Translations under genes and position numbers: made by a program
Shown: positions 19,379 to 28,312 of the stretch, one piece after another
Layout: every line of letters starts with the position of its first letter
Position numbering within the stretch: position 1 is the stretch's first letter
Notes under the pieces: generated by a model
Database searches by the model: none
The model's input: the letters and a program-made list of their open reading frames with translations, nothing else
What the model was told of the DNA's origin: nothing
NCBI GenBank assembly: GCA_048939015.1
Contig: JBHLPW010000010.1
Location: 25,086-89,085 of the forward strand
Reading direction: 5' to 3'
DNA: 64,000 nucleotides
Origin: Promethearchaeota archaeon
GTDB taxonomy: Archaea; Asgardarchaeota; Lokiarchaeia; Sigyniarchaeales; SOKP01

Positions 19379-19429
19379 TGGTAAATTTATCAGAAACGGT
19401 GGTAAATTTTTTTTAAATACTGGTAAATT
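19379..19429 (+). promoter_or_regulatory. Three TGGTAAATT direct repeats spaced exactly 21 bp apart
   Basis: Copies start at 19379, 19400 and 19421, upstream of an AATATTAAATA box and the beta-helix gene. Confidence 0.55.
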
Positions 19430-19499
19430 GATATCAAAATATTAAATATTATCTTATGATCTCTTTATTCATTAATTATAAGACATTTTTGGCAATAAC

Positions 19500-21011
19500 G
19501 TGACGAATAAATTTCGAGAGATAAATGTAAAAAATTTAGCAATTATAACCCTAGTAATCCTTATCGCGTATTCAATCCTTTTTATCAACAATTCAAGCTA
19601 TTTTAATAATTTCGATAAGGATTGTTTTAAAAATGCAAAAATATCAGGAAAAATCCTTATAAATGGTAATACAGGGTGGACTACTGCTAAAAATGCAGGA
19701 ACCTGTTCAGGTTCAGGTACCTATTCCGATCCCTATATCATTGAAGATTTGGAAATAGATGGTGGTGGGTCAGGAAATTGTATCTGGATTCAAAATTCTC
19801 AATTATACTTTAAAATTATCAATTGTACTATCTCCAATGCAGGAGAAAATTGGGGTGATGGGGGAATCAAATTAACTTCGATTGCAAATGGACATCTAAT
19901 TAATAATACTATAATTTCTTGTTATGAGGGGATAATTTTAGATTCTAGTCATCATATCGTTATTTCGGGAAACACCGTGTATAGCAATGATTATGTAGGA
20001 ATTGGTTTATGGTATAGTCAGAATAATATAATCCAAGAAAATACATTTAGATTAAATGGATGGGGAATATCATTAGAGTCAAGTGATTATAACAATATAA
20101 CAGAGAATATATCACAAAATAATAAAGATGATGGAATCGGTATATGGAACAGTGCTAGTAATTTTATTATGCGAAATGATGTAAAGGATAACAATCATCA
20201 TGGATTGTATTTATATAATAGTGAAAGGAATGATATCTTAGGGAATATTATAAAGAGGAGTTATTGGGGATTATATTTAGAGACAGGTAATGATAATTTC
20301 ATTTCAGATAATGATGTCAGTGATAATTATCAACGTGGTTTAGTTCTATATTATAGCGATGGTAACGAGGTTTCGAGGAATACAATAAATAATAATCATT
20401 TGGGGATCGTTTTGGATGAGAGTGATAGTAATTCTATTGATGAAAATACCATAAGTAATAATTATGTGGGTATTGATATTTATCAATCGAAATGTAATAT
20501 CATTTTAAATAACACCTTTAGTAGCAATTCGCATGATACCAATGGTGCTCAAAATGCTTGTATCCCAGTTATAGATCCAATAGATCCAATTCTAATTAGA
20601 AATGTCCTATTATTGATAATGATTATTATACCTATAATCTTATTTGGGGCAATGTCAAGGATTAAGAAGATTCCTCCTCCTCCTAAAGATATACTTGTAG
20701 AAAATTTAAGAGAAAAATTTCAACGGCCAGAGACGCCGTCCAAAGGTCCAAAACCTGAAACCAAATCAGAATTATTAATCAAACCAAAAATAGAAAAATT
20801 AAAAGATGCTAAATTGAGTACCCCAGACGAAGTCTCATTAGAGGAGGAAATCCTACTTGAGAAGCAAGTTGTAAAAAAAATTCCAGAAGAAAAACCAGAA
20901 GAAATATTATCACCCGAACCTCAAATTAGTCATTGCCCTTTCTGTGGCTTAGAAATAATTGAAGATGCATCCTATTGTCCACAATGTGGTAGAGCTTTTA
21001 AAAAGAGATAA
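19500..21011 (+). CDS. Membrane-anchored right-handed beta-helix (NosD/CASH) protein with cytoplasmic zinc ribbon
   Basis: Signal/anchor, GSGTYSDPYIIE, many GIxLxxSxxNxIxxN repeats, TM helix, C-terminal CPFCG...CPQCG. Confidence 0.85.
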   Translation: MTNKFREINVKNLAIITLVILIAYSILFINNSSYFNNFDKDCFKNAKISGKILINGNTGWTTAKNAGTCSGSGTYSDPYIIEDLEIDGGGSGNCIWIQNSQLYFKIINCTISNAGENWGDGGIKLTSIANGHLINNTIISCYEGIILDSSHHIVISGNTVYSNDYVGIGLWYSQNNIIQENTFRLNGWGISLESSDYNNITENISQNNKDDGIGIWNSASNFIMRNDVKDNNHHGLYLYNSERNDILGNIIKRSYWGLYLETGNDNFISDNDVSDNYQRGLVLYYSDGNEVSRNTINNNHLGIVLDESDSNSIDENTISNNYVGIDIYQSKCNIILNNTFSSNSHDTNGAQNACIPVIDPIDPILIRNVLLLIMIIIPIILFGAMSRIKKIPPPPKDILVENLREKFQRPETPSKGPKPETKSELLIKPKIEKLKDAKLSTPDEVSLEEEILLEKQVVKKIPEEKPEEILSPEPQISHCPFCGLEIIEDASYCPQCGRAFKKR

Positions 21012-21042
21012 ATCTCTTCATAATCTTACGGTCAATTAAAAG

Positions 21043-21072
21043 TGGTAAATTTAATTTAAATAGTAGTAAATA
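21043..21072 (+). promoter_or_regulatory. Second set of phased T(G/A)GTAAAT repeats upstream of the paralogous beta-helix gene
   Basis: TGGTAAATT at 21043 and TAGTAAATA at 21064 (21 bp apart), followed by AATATTAAATA. Confidence 0.45.
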
Positions 21073-21154
21073 ATCAAGATGCATTAGCTAAAATATTAAA
21101 TAGCAAATTATAATCTTATAATTTACAGAATATTACAATTTTGGCGAGAGTGTA

Positions 21155-23194
21155 ATGAATAAATTTAAAATAATAATTATTGCTTTTTCATTAGGAATCA
21201 TTTTAACAATATCATCTCACTTCACTAACATTCCCGAAAAATCAAGCGTGAATTATCAAACTATGAGTGTAGAAGATAATAAAAAGAATAATTTATATAA
21301 TAAAATTTTAGAAACCTCAAATTTCTGGGAATTAACTTCTCCTATTGAAATTAATGATCTTGGAGTAAATAATTGGACGTGGGCGGAGGGACAAGTATGG
21401 TTAGGCGGAGGGAATGGAACGATCACTAATCCATATATTATCGAAAATGTATCTATTGATGTCGAAGGAAATTTTGACTATTGTATTCGAATACGGAATT
21501 CCAGCAAGTATTATATAATCCAAAATTGTACATTTAGAGGAGCATATCTTGCAGGTATTTCTTTAATGAATGTAAATAATTCAAAATTGATTTTTAACAT
21601 TGCACATAACAATTATAAGCATGGGATAGATTTACAAAATAGTAATAATAATATAATTTCGCAGAACACAGCATACAGTAATACATTGGGAGGTATTTAT
21701 TTAGGAAATAGTACATTTAATACAATAATTAATAATACTGCTTATTCTAGCATTGAGTATGGAATAAGATTAGGTAATAGCGACGATAATACTATTAGTT
21801 TAAATACAGCTACGCAAAATAAGTATGGTATAAGTCTTTTAGAAAGTAGTGATAACAACATTTCGGGAAATACCGTATATAACAATATTAAGACCGGTGT
21901 TAACTTAGATAGTAGTAATAATAACTTAATTATAGGGAATATAGTTAATACTAATGAAATGGGAGGTATAAAGTTATTTAAGAGTAGATATAACTTACTT
22001 ATAGGAAATAATTTAGTCTCTAATAGAAATAATGGAATAGAGTTAGATAATAGTAAATATAATTTAATTTTAGATAATACCGCTAGTCAAAATAGTTATT
22101 ATGGGATAAATTTAGAAACTAATAGTAATAATAACAATATCACAGGAAATACTGTAAATAGCAACATTGAAAATGGGATTAATATATTATATAGTGATGA
22201 TAATATTATTTCAGGAAATATTGTAAGATTTAATAGTTGGTTTGGGATTTATATTCAAAGTGAGGGAAATATTGTAATAAGTAACTCTGTAAATAATAAT
22301 AACTGGGATGGTATACGCCAATATGATTGTAATGGAAATAACGTTTCAAGAAATACAATACACCATAATGGTTGGAGAGGTATATATTTGGAGGGTAGTG
22401 ATAAGAGTATTATTTCAGAAAATAATGTATATGATAATGAGTGGGAGGGAATACGTATATATGACAGTAATACAAACATGATTTTGGGAAACACGATAAA
22501 TACTAACTACCCTTCAGGGATATATTGTGAAAATAGTGTTAAAAATAGTATTTCAGGAAACACTATAAATGGTAACTCATATTCAGAAGGAATAAGTTGC
22601 ATTAATAGTGGTAATAATATCTTTACTGATAATATTTTAAACGATCATTATTGTGGATTTAGTTTTTACGATAGTAATGAAAATAATATTACGGGAAATA
22701 CAATCAATAACAATGAGTATTGTGGAATATACCTTTCCAACAGCAATTATAATTTAATTACTTATAACCTAATTACAAATAACCAAATAGGTATTTATTC
22801 AATCTTCAGCTCTAATACTATTTCAGATAACACATTTAATAATAATGGCGTAGATGTTCAAAAACACTCGATACCACAATTTCCATATTTACTGGTGTTG
22901 ATGTTAGTTATTATCTCTATAATCTTATTTGTGGGTACATTTATGGTGATAACAAGGTATTCTGCTAAAAGTGCTAGATCTTCTGAAAAGAATATCAAAA
23001 CAGTTAAGCAACAAGAGATATTAGGAAAAAGATTTGAAGAAGAAATAAAAATACCCCCAGAAAGAATAAAAATTACAAAAGAACAACCAAAGGATAATAT
23101 TTCACCTGAAATCAACTATTGTCTTTTTTGTGGTTTTAAAATAAGTGATGACGCAGTTTTTTGTCCACAATGTGGGAATAAAATAAGGAAATAA
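21155..23194 (+). CDS. Membrane-anchored right-handed beta-helix (NosD/CASH) protein with cytoplasmic zinc ribbon, paralog
   Basis: GNGTITNPYIIE, Asn-rich beta-helix repeats, TM helix, C-terminal CLFCG...CPQCG. Confidence 0.85.
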   Translation: MNKFKIIIIAFSLGIILTISSHFTNIPEKSSVNYQTMSVEDNKKNNLYNKILETSNFWELTSPIEINDLGVNNWTWAEGQVWLGGGNGTITNPYIIENVSIDVEGNFDYCIRIRNSSKYYIIQNCTFRGAYLAGISLMNVNNSKLIFNIAHNNYKHGIDLQNSNNNIISQNTAYSNTLGGIYLGNSTFNTIINNTAYSSIEYGIRLGNSDDNTISLNTATQNKYGISLLESSDNNISGNTVYNNIKTGVNLDSSNNNLIIGNIVNTNEMGGIKLFKSRYNLLIGNNLVSNRNNGIELDNSKYNLILDNTASQNSYYGINLETNSNNNNITGNTVNSNIENGINILYSDDNIISGNIVRFNSWFGIYIQSEGNIVISNSVNNNNWDGIRQYDCNGNNVSRNTIHHNGWRGIYLEGSDKSIISENNVYDNEWEGIRIYDSNTNMILGNTINTNYPSGIYCENSVKNSISGNTINGNSYSEGISCINSGNNIFTDNILNDHYCGFSFYDSNENNITGNTINNNEYCGIYLSNSNYNLITYNLITNNQIGIYSIFSSNTISDNTFNNNGVDVQKHSIPQFPYLLVLMLVIISIILFVGTFMVITRYSAKSARSSEKNIKTVKQQEILGKRFEEEIKIPPERIKITKEQPKDNISPEINYCLFCGFKISDDAVFCPQCGNKIRK

Positions 23195-23235
23195 TTCAAG
23201 TCAACAAAGAATCGATTAGAATAGGTCAGAACATA

Positions 23236-24783
23236 TTATTCAAATAGTATTGCAGAATTAAAAAGTTCTGTAATATCATAGATTTTTAATGGTCTATCAC
23301 CGAAATTTATCATTCGAGATGCAAATCGAAAGTTTAATTCGCATTGTGGGCATGCAGTTGCTAAAATATTAATATTGGTAGGAATCAGATCTTCTTTTAA
23401 TCTTGTTTGAGTTGATTTTAAGCTAACTTCATTATTAAATGTCCAAAGCCCACCTCCACCTCCACAACATCGTGCACAATCTCTATTAAATGGCATCTCA
23501 ACAAGATTAAGATTTGGTATTGCTTTTAAGACATTACGAGGTGGATCGTAGACATTACTGTGCCGTCCAAGTGAACAAGGGTCATGATAAGTCAAGTTTA
23601 ATTTTAAAGGTTTAAGTTGAATTTCTTTAGTTTTTATCATTTTTTCAAAAAATTGAGATGTATGAAGAATTTCAAATGGGATTGAGATGTCAAGAACTTC
23701 AGGATATAGTCTCTTAAACGTATAATAACATCCAGAGCAAGGAGTGATTAATGTTTGAGCCTTAGTTTTTTCAATCCTTTTAATTGTAGATTTAGCTACT
23801 TTTTTAGCTTCTTCCCATAGTCCAGAGGATATCAGAACATAACCACAACATCCTTCTTGACTTCCTAACATTGTAAATTCAGTATTACTATGGTTTAGAA
23901 TATTAAGAAATGCTTCAGCTGTTTTTGGAGTGCGTGTTGCAACAGTACATCCTAACCAACAAAGGATATTTGCTTCTTTTGGTAATTTCAAACTGGAAAA
24001 ATTTTTAACTCGTGAAAGACGACGATTAGTGGGAATTCCAGCAGGATCACCATGTTCATATATATTTTTAGCGGTTGTTTGAAAAACTTGCGGTGCTAAT
24101 TTTTTTTCAACTATGAGATGTCTTATATAAAGGATTGCTTCATGAAATTCTAAATCTTTAAAGCATTGAGCAAAACAAAGTCCACATTTTGTGCAACTGT
24201 ATAGTATATCTATTATCTTGTCTGAAATTGATAAATCTCCATTCATAATTCCTCGGGTAATAAGCATTCTTCCTTTCGAAGACCATGATTCAATTCCATT
24301 GAATGATGGACTAACGGTACAATACCCACTGCAAGTTGTACATTGTTGGCACTTAGAAAGAGTTTTTCCAAATAAAATATTTTGCACAGCAGAAGTCAGA
24401 TTTCTATAAGTTCCAATCCTTTTTATATCCATTTTAACAAATTTTGAAGGATTATCTTCATTATCTATGTTATCTATACAACTTGCTAGGGTAGGACTCT
24501 CTACATTGTCTAATAAAACTAAAGTTTTTGAACCGTTATTCTTAAAATTTGATATATTCTCCCCCCTTTCAATTAAAATAGTGTCTTCTCTTTCTAAAAA
24601 ACTTTTTATTTCATTTTTTTCGTTTATTGATGTGACTCTAACAATTATATCTGGTTGAGTATCAAACCTGTTAAGAAAGATTTTTTCAAAAGAATAAACA
24701 TAGCAGTCTTCTAAATCTGTTAGAATTTGGTCTTTTTTTACAAACTGTTTCAGTTCTTCCGCAATTATATCTTTAGGTTTCAT
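23236..24783 (-). CDS. Fe-S oxidoreductase, GlcF/HdrD-like (2x[4Fe-4S] plus two CCG domains)
   Basis: CQQCTTCSGYC, CTKCGLCFAQC, GCCG...TPCSGC, YHDPC...CCGGGGG...TACPQC. Confidence 0.85.
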   Translation of the reverse strand: MKPKDIIAEELKQFVKKDQILTDLEDCYVYSFEKIFLNRFDTQPDIIVRVTSINEKNEIKSFLEREDTILIERGENISNFKNNGSKTLVLLDNVESPTLASCIDNIDNEDNPSKFVKMDIKRIGTYRNLTSAVQNILFGKTLSKCQQCTTCSGYCTVSPSFNGIESWSSKGRMLITRGIMNGDLSISDKIIDILYSCTKCGLCFAQCFKDLEFHEAILYIRHLIVEKKLAPQVFQTTAKNIYEHGDPAGIPTNRRLSRVKNFSSLKLPKEANILCWLGCTVATRTPKTAEAFLNILNHSNTEFTMLGSQEGCCGYVLISSGLWEEAKKVAKSTIKRIEKTKAQTLITPCSGCYYTFKRLYPEVLDISIPFEILHTSQFFEKMIKTKEIQLKPLKLNLTYHDPCSLGRHSNVYDPPRNVLKAIPNLNLVEMPFNRDCARCCGGGGGLWTFNNEVSLKSTQTRLKEDLIPTNINILATACPQCELNFRFASRMINFGDRPLKIYDITELFNSAILFE

Positions 24784-24929
24784 TCAATAATGAGTATTTA
24801 AAATGTGATTTAAATTTAACAAAATTATTTATTGTCTTTAGAATAGATTAAAATATTTTTAACATTCCTATTAACCTTTATAATTCTATTGGATAAAATT
24901 TTTAATAAAATTATAATATTTGAGATTTA

Positions 24930-25211
24930 ATGGCAATTGTCACACTCAAATTAATGACTATTTTCTCAACTGATGTTGGATTAACTGAGATCAAATATTC
25001 GAACGTTGAAATATTAGGGGATGTAATAAAGCGATTTATGAGTGAGTATGGGAGCAGGATTAGAAAGAGTTTTATAGATTCACGAGGAAATTTAGAAACT
25101 CATGTAGTTATTTTAGTGAATGGTAGAAATTACATGTTCTTGGAAGAATTAAACACAAAACTAAAAAATGGAGATCAAATTGTTATTTCTCCTCCTCTGG
25201 TTGGAGGGTAA
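24930..25211 (+). CDS. moaD: MoaD/ThiS/SAMP ubiquitin-like sulfur carrier
   Basis: ILVNGRN...LKNGDQIVISPPLVGG with C-terminal GG. Confidence 0.85.
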   Translation: MAIVTLKLMTIFSTDVGLTEIKYSNVEILGDVIKRFMSEYGSRIRKSFIDSRGNLETHVVILVNGRNYMFLEELNTKLKNGDQIVISPPLVGG

Positions 25212-25219
25212 ATTAAATT

Positions 25220-25690
25220 CTATAAAATAAGTAAATTGATCCAATCGCAGATAAGTGCCGGTTTTTCTTGACCTTTAATTTCAATTGTATGGTGTGATGT
25301 AAACTTCATACCTCTTTTTACCAATTCCACTTTCGAAATGTAAGTTACATCACGTATATAGGAACCAACTGGTACGGCTGATATGAATCGTATTTTATCA
25401 AAACCATAATTAACTATTGATTTAGCATCAGTTACGAAAAATTGCATGGAATCCTTTACTCCATCTTGTAATGTAAAGAAACCAAGCATAGATAAAACAA
25501 AAAAACCATGTGCTACTGTCTCGCCATAAAGTGATTTTTTTGCTAGTTCAGGATTGATATGGATATACTGGTGATCCCGTGTAAGATCTGCAAATCTATC
25601 TATTGCTTCTTGAGTCACATGAAACCAATTTGTAGTAAATTCTTTCCCAATATAATTCTTTATTTCAATAGCTTTTATCTTGTTTACCAT
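25220..25690 (-). CDS. MaoC-family (hot-dog) dehydratase
   Basis: FADLTRDHQYIHINPELAK, VAHGFF, NYGFDKIRF. Confidence 0.88.
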   Translation of the reverse strand: MVNKIKAIEIKNYIGKEFTTNWFHVTQEAIDRFADLTRDHQYIHINPELAKKSLYGETVAHGFFVLSMLGFFTLQDGVKDSMQFFVTDAKSIVNYGFDKIRFISAVPVGSYIRDVTYISKVELVKRGMKFTSHHTIEIKGQEKPALICDWINLLIL

Positions 25691-25771
25691 TTTTTGATAC
25701 GCTCTTTTTTCAAATTTTTTTATTTATAATTACTTAAAAATGTTATAATTTTTTTTCAGAATGAATTTATA

Positions 25772-26998
25772 TTAGCTTTCTTCCAGTTGCTCTATAAAGG
25801 CTTCTATACTTGTTCTTGATTGCTCATCGGAAAGACATCTCAAATCATTTAGGTCTCCATTTATAATCAAATTCGGGATACTAATATCTTTTTCGAGTCT
25901 TTGAGGCATTCTATAACGAGTATTTGTATTATGTGGGCAAGTTTTTGCATCATGAAAGATAATACCATCAATTTTGAAGTATTCTGCCATTTCTTTTAAA
26001 TAATGTTCCTTGAATTCATCCGAACGGACAATAAAAAGTTCTGTATATGCTTTTGCCATGCTTCTAAATGGATCATTCTCATCAAATGCAGAAAAAATCC
26101 AACTATTACAGTAAGTTGAAGCAACTACGCACACTTTAATGGAGGCAAACAACTCTGAATAATGTCTTAATCGCCCCCATATCGGCATCCCCTCCCAATA
26201 AAGTCTAAAACGCTCATCTTCTACAGCTCCGAAATTATTTTCAACTCTTTCTTCTAATTCTGCTAATAAGGTCTTATAATAATCTACAGCTTGATTAGTA
26301 CCCCTCAAAACTACAGCTGGTCCCATATGGATAGTTCCATCAAAAAATGTAAAGGGGGAAGGTATGTTTGCTGCTGTATTCAACACTCTTTTCCAAAGTT
26401 CAGAACACTCACGTGAAAGTGATAATACTCCTTTTAGTTTTTTTAAATCAAATGTAATGGTAGAGATCTTTTCCAATGACTTGACTAAACCTTCCATTTG
26501 TTTTGTGATGAATGCTATATGTTCATTTGTAACTTCACCTACAGTCCTCGGAGTAGAGATACCTACAACCGGAACATTAAATTCATTACTATACCAATCA
26601 AACCAATCTTGAACTTCTCTACATTGATTAGTATTAAAAACTAGAACATCAGGTTTTGGAACACTTTTAATATCTGGGTAAGCTTTTGTGAGAGGAGTTA
26701 CTTTTTTTAAATATGCTCCAATATCAGCAGTAAGGTAAGAACAGATTTCTGGGGAATATCCTATTGCATTAGCATAAGGAATTAAATCTGTTGCCATTCT
26801 AGATGATCCTAGCATTGCACTATGGTTTTCTGGGAAATAAACTTTAAAATCTAGACTTCTTAATATTTCTGCTGGACCAACACTAGAGCACCAAGCGACT
26901 TTCTTATTATCACTTTTAGAAGCTTCATCTAACTCATGATAATAATCAGACATTATCTGCCCTAATTGTTTTGCAGCTTTTATCTTCTTTCTAAACAT
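25772..26998 (-). CDS. 2-hydroxyacyl-CoA dehydratase / benzoyl-CoA reductase family catalytic (D-component) subunit
   Basis: YFPENH, ICSYL, PKPDVL, NQC, DGIIFH..TC, GDLND...SIEAFIE. Confidence 0.85.
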   Translation of the reverse strand: MFRKKIKAAKQLGQIMSDYYHELDEASKSDNKKVAWCSSVGPAEILRSLDFKVYFPENHSAMLGSSRMATDLIPYANAIGYSPEICSYLTADIGAYLKKVTPLTKAYPDIKSVPKPDVLVFNTNQCREVQDWFDWYSNEFNVPVVGISTPRTVGEVTNEHIAFITKQMEGLVKSLEKISTITFDLKKLKGVLSLSRECSELWKRVLNTAANIPSPFTFFDGTIHMGPAVVLRGTNQAVDYYKTLLAELEERVENNFGAVEDERFRLYWEGMPIWGRLRHYSELFASIKVCVVASTYCNSWIFSAFDENDPFRSMAKAYTELFIVRSDEFKEHYLKEMAEYFKIDGIIFHDAKTCPHNTNTRYRMPQRLEKDISIPNLIINGDLNDLRCLSDEQSRTSIEAFIEQLEES

Positions 26999-27057
26999 TC
27001 AAGAAACCTATTATTTAATTTAAATTAATGTCAAAAAAATAAATATAATATACTAAC

Positions 27058-28266
27058 TTAATCCACTTTAACTTCTAAAATCAGAGCTGCACCAGTATCC
27101 CCAGCAGCACAACCATCTGCGAGACCGTATCCTCCACCTTTCTCTACAAGTTCTTCGATTAATTCAATAATAATTCTCATCATTGTAGGTGCTTGAGGAT
27201 GGCCATATATAAGTGAACTTCCGTAATTATTCATATCCTTCCAATCAAGATCCATCTCTTTACAGAAATATATATCATTAACCGCAAATGGATTATGTGT
27301 TTTAATTACTGATATATCTTTCATAGAAATCTCTGCATTATCTAGAGCTTTCTTTGCTGCTGGAACTATGGCCATTGCCATATATCCTGTTTTTGTTTTA
27401 TGCTCTCCATAAGATACAATTCTTATCTCAACATCCTCTCTCTTTCTTAATTGATCGGCTTTCTCTTTAGTGGTAACAATAACCCCGCAATTAGCATCTC
27501 CAGGATGTGTTTGAGTTCCATAAGTAACAGTACCTTCTGGTAGGACAGGCCTAAGCTTCGATAAACCCTCAAGTGTTGTTGGGTAAATACCTTCATCTCC
27601 TTCTACTGTTGCGAGGATTTTTCGACCAGAACGATCCTTTACCTCGATGGGTCCAATCATATATTTCTTTTGGAATGCTCTATCATTCTTTAAAGAATCT
27701 TGATATTGATTATAACGCATCATGGTGACTTCATCTTGTTCCTTTTTAGTAATGCCCACTTCTTTTGCTACATTTTCAGCAGTCTGTATCATTGGATTCT
27801 TTGCAAATGGATCTCTCCCAAAATTGTCCCATACCCAGCTTTCTGCGTCCACAGTACTACCTGGGGCTTGAGGGTTCGGATATACCAGATGAGGTCCATT
27901 TGAACATCGATCTGCGGTTACTACAAGCACATTTTTATTTATTCCTGTTTCAATACTCTGAGCAGCAATAGAAAGTGTATTAGTCCCTGTAGCGCATGCT
28001 TGACTAATCATAGGTCCCGTAACATGTTCAGCTCCGATCATACTTGCTAACCAAGGTCCTCCATAGAAACAATAAAGCTGAGGAATAGTAATACCAAATA
28101 TGAGCTCATCAAAATCATTCGGAGAGATTTCCCTTTCATTTAAAAAACGTTTAGTTATATCTGCTGCAAACTTTATTGCGTGTAGATTTTGAAAGCTCAT
28201 TTGCCACCTTGAAAAAGGAGTACTCCAATACTGCCCATAAGGGATGTAAGCTTTTTTAAATGTCAT
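27058..28266 (-). CDS. Thiolase family protein (atypical motif set)
   Basis: SQACATG (catalytic Cys), KTHNPFAVND, YGHPQAPT, GCAAGDTG. Confidence 0.85.
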   Translation of the reverse strand: MTFKKAYIPYGQYWSTPFSRWQMSFQNLHAIKFAADITKRFLNEREISPNDFDELIFGITIPQLYCFYGGPWLASMIGAEHVTGPMISQACATGTNTLSIAAQSIETGINKNVLVVTADRCSNGPHLVYPNPQAPGSTVDAESWVWDNFGRDPFAKNPMIQTAENVAKEVGITKKEQDEVTMMRYNQYQDSLKNDRAFQKKYMIGPIEVKDRSGRKILATVEGDEGIYPTTLEGLSKLRPVLPEGTVTYGTQTHPGDANCGVIVTTKEKADQLRKREDVEIRIVSYGEHKTKTGYMAMAIVPAAKKALDNAEISMKDISVIKTHNPFAVNDIYFCKEMDLDWKDMNNYGSSLIYGHPQAPTMMRIIIELIEELVEKGGGYGLADGCAAGDTGAALILEVKVD

Positions 28267-28312
28267 TTTTCTAATAACCTAATTTTTTGATTAATTTTTA
28301 TTTTTATAATTC

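Noticed and set aside
19700-22860. Asn-rich repetitive DNA as a tandem repeat or CRISPR-like array
   Set aside because: The periodicity is explained by beta-helix protein repeats; there are no identical nucleotide repeats with spacers
24930-25211. GG-ending protein as eukaryote-like ubiquitin partnering the RING-like proteins
   Set aside because: Sequence is MoaD/SAMP type (ILVNG, L..GD.I...PP..GG) and is better explained by tungstopterin synthesis for AOR
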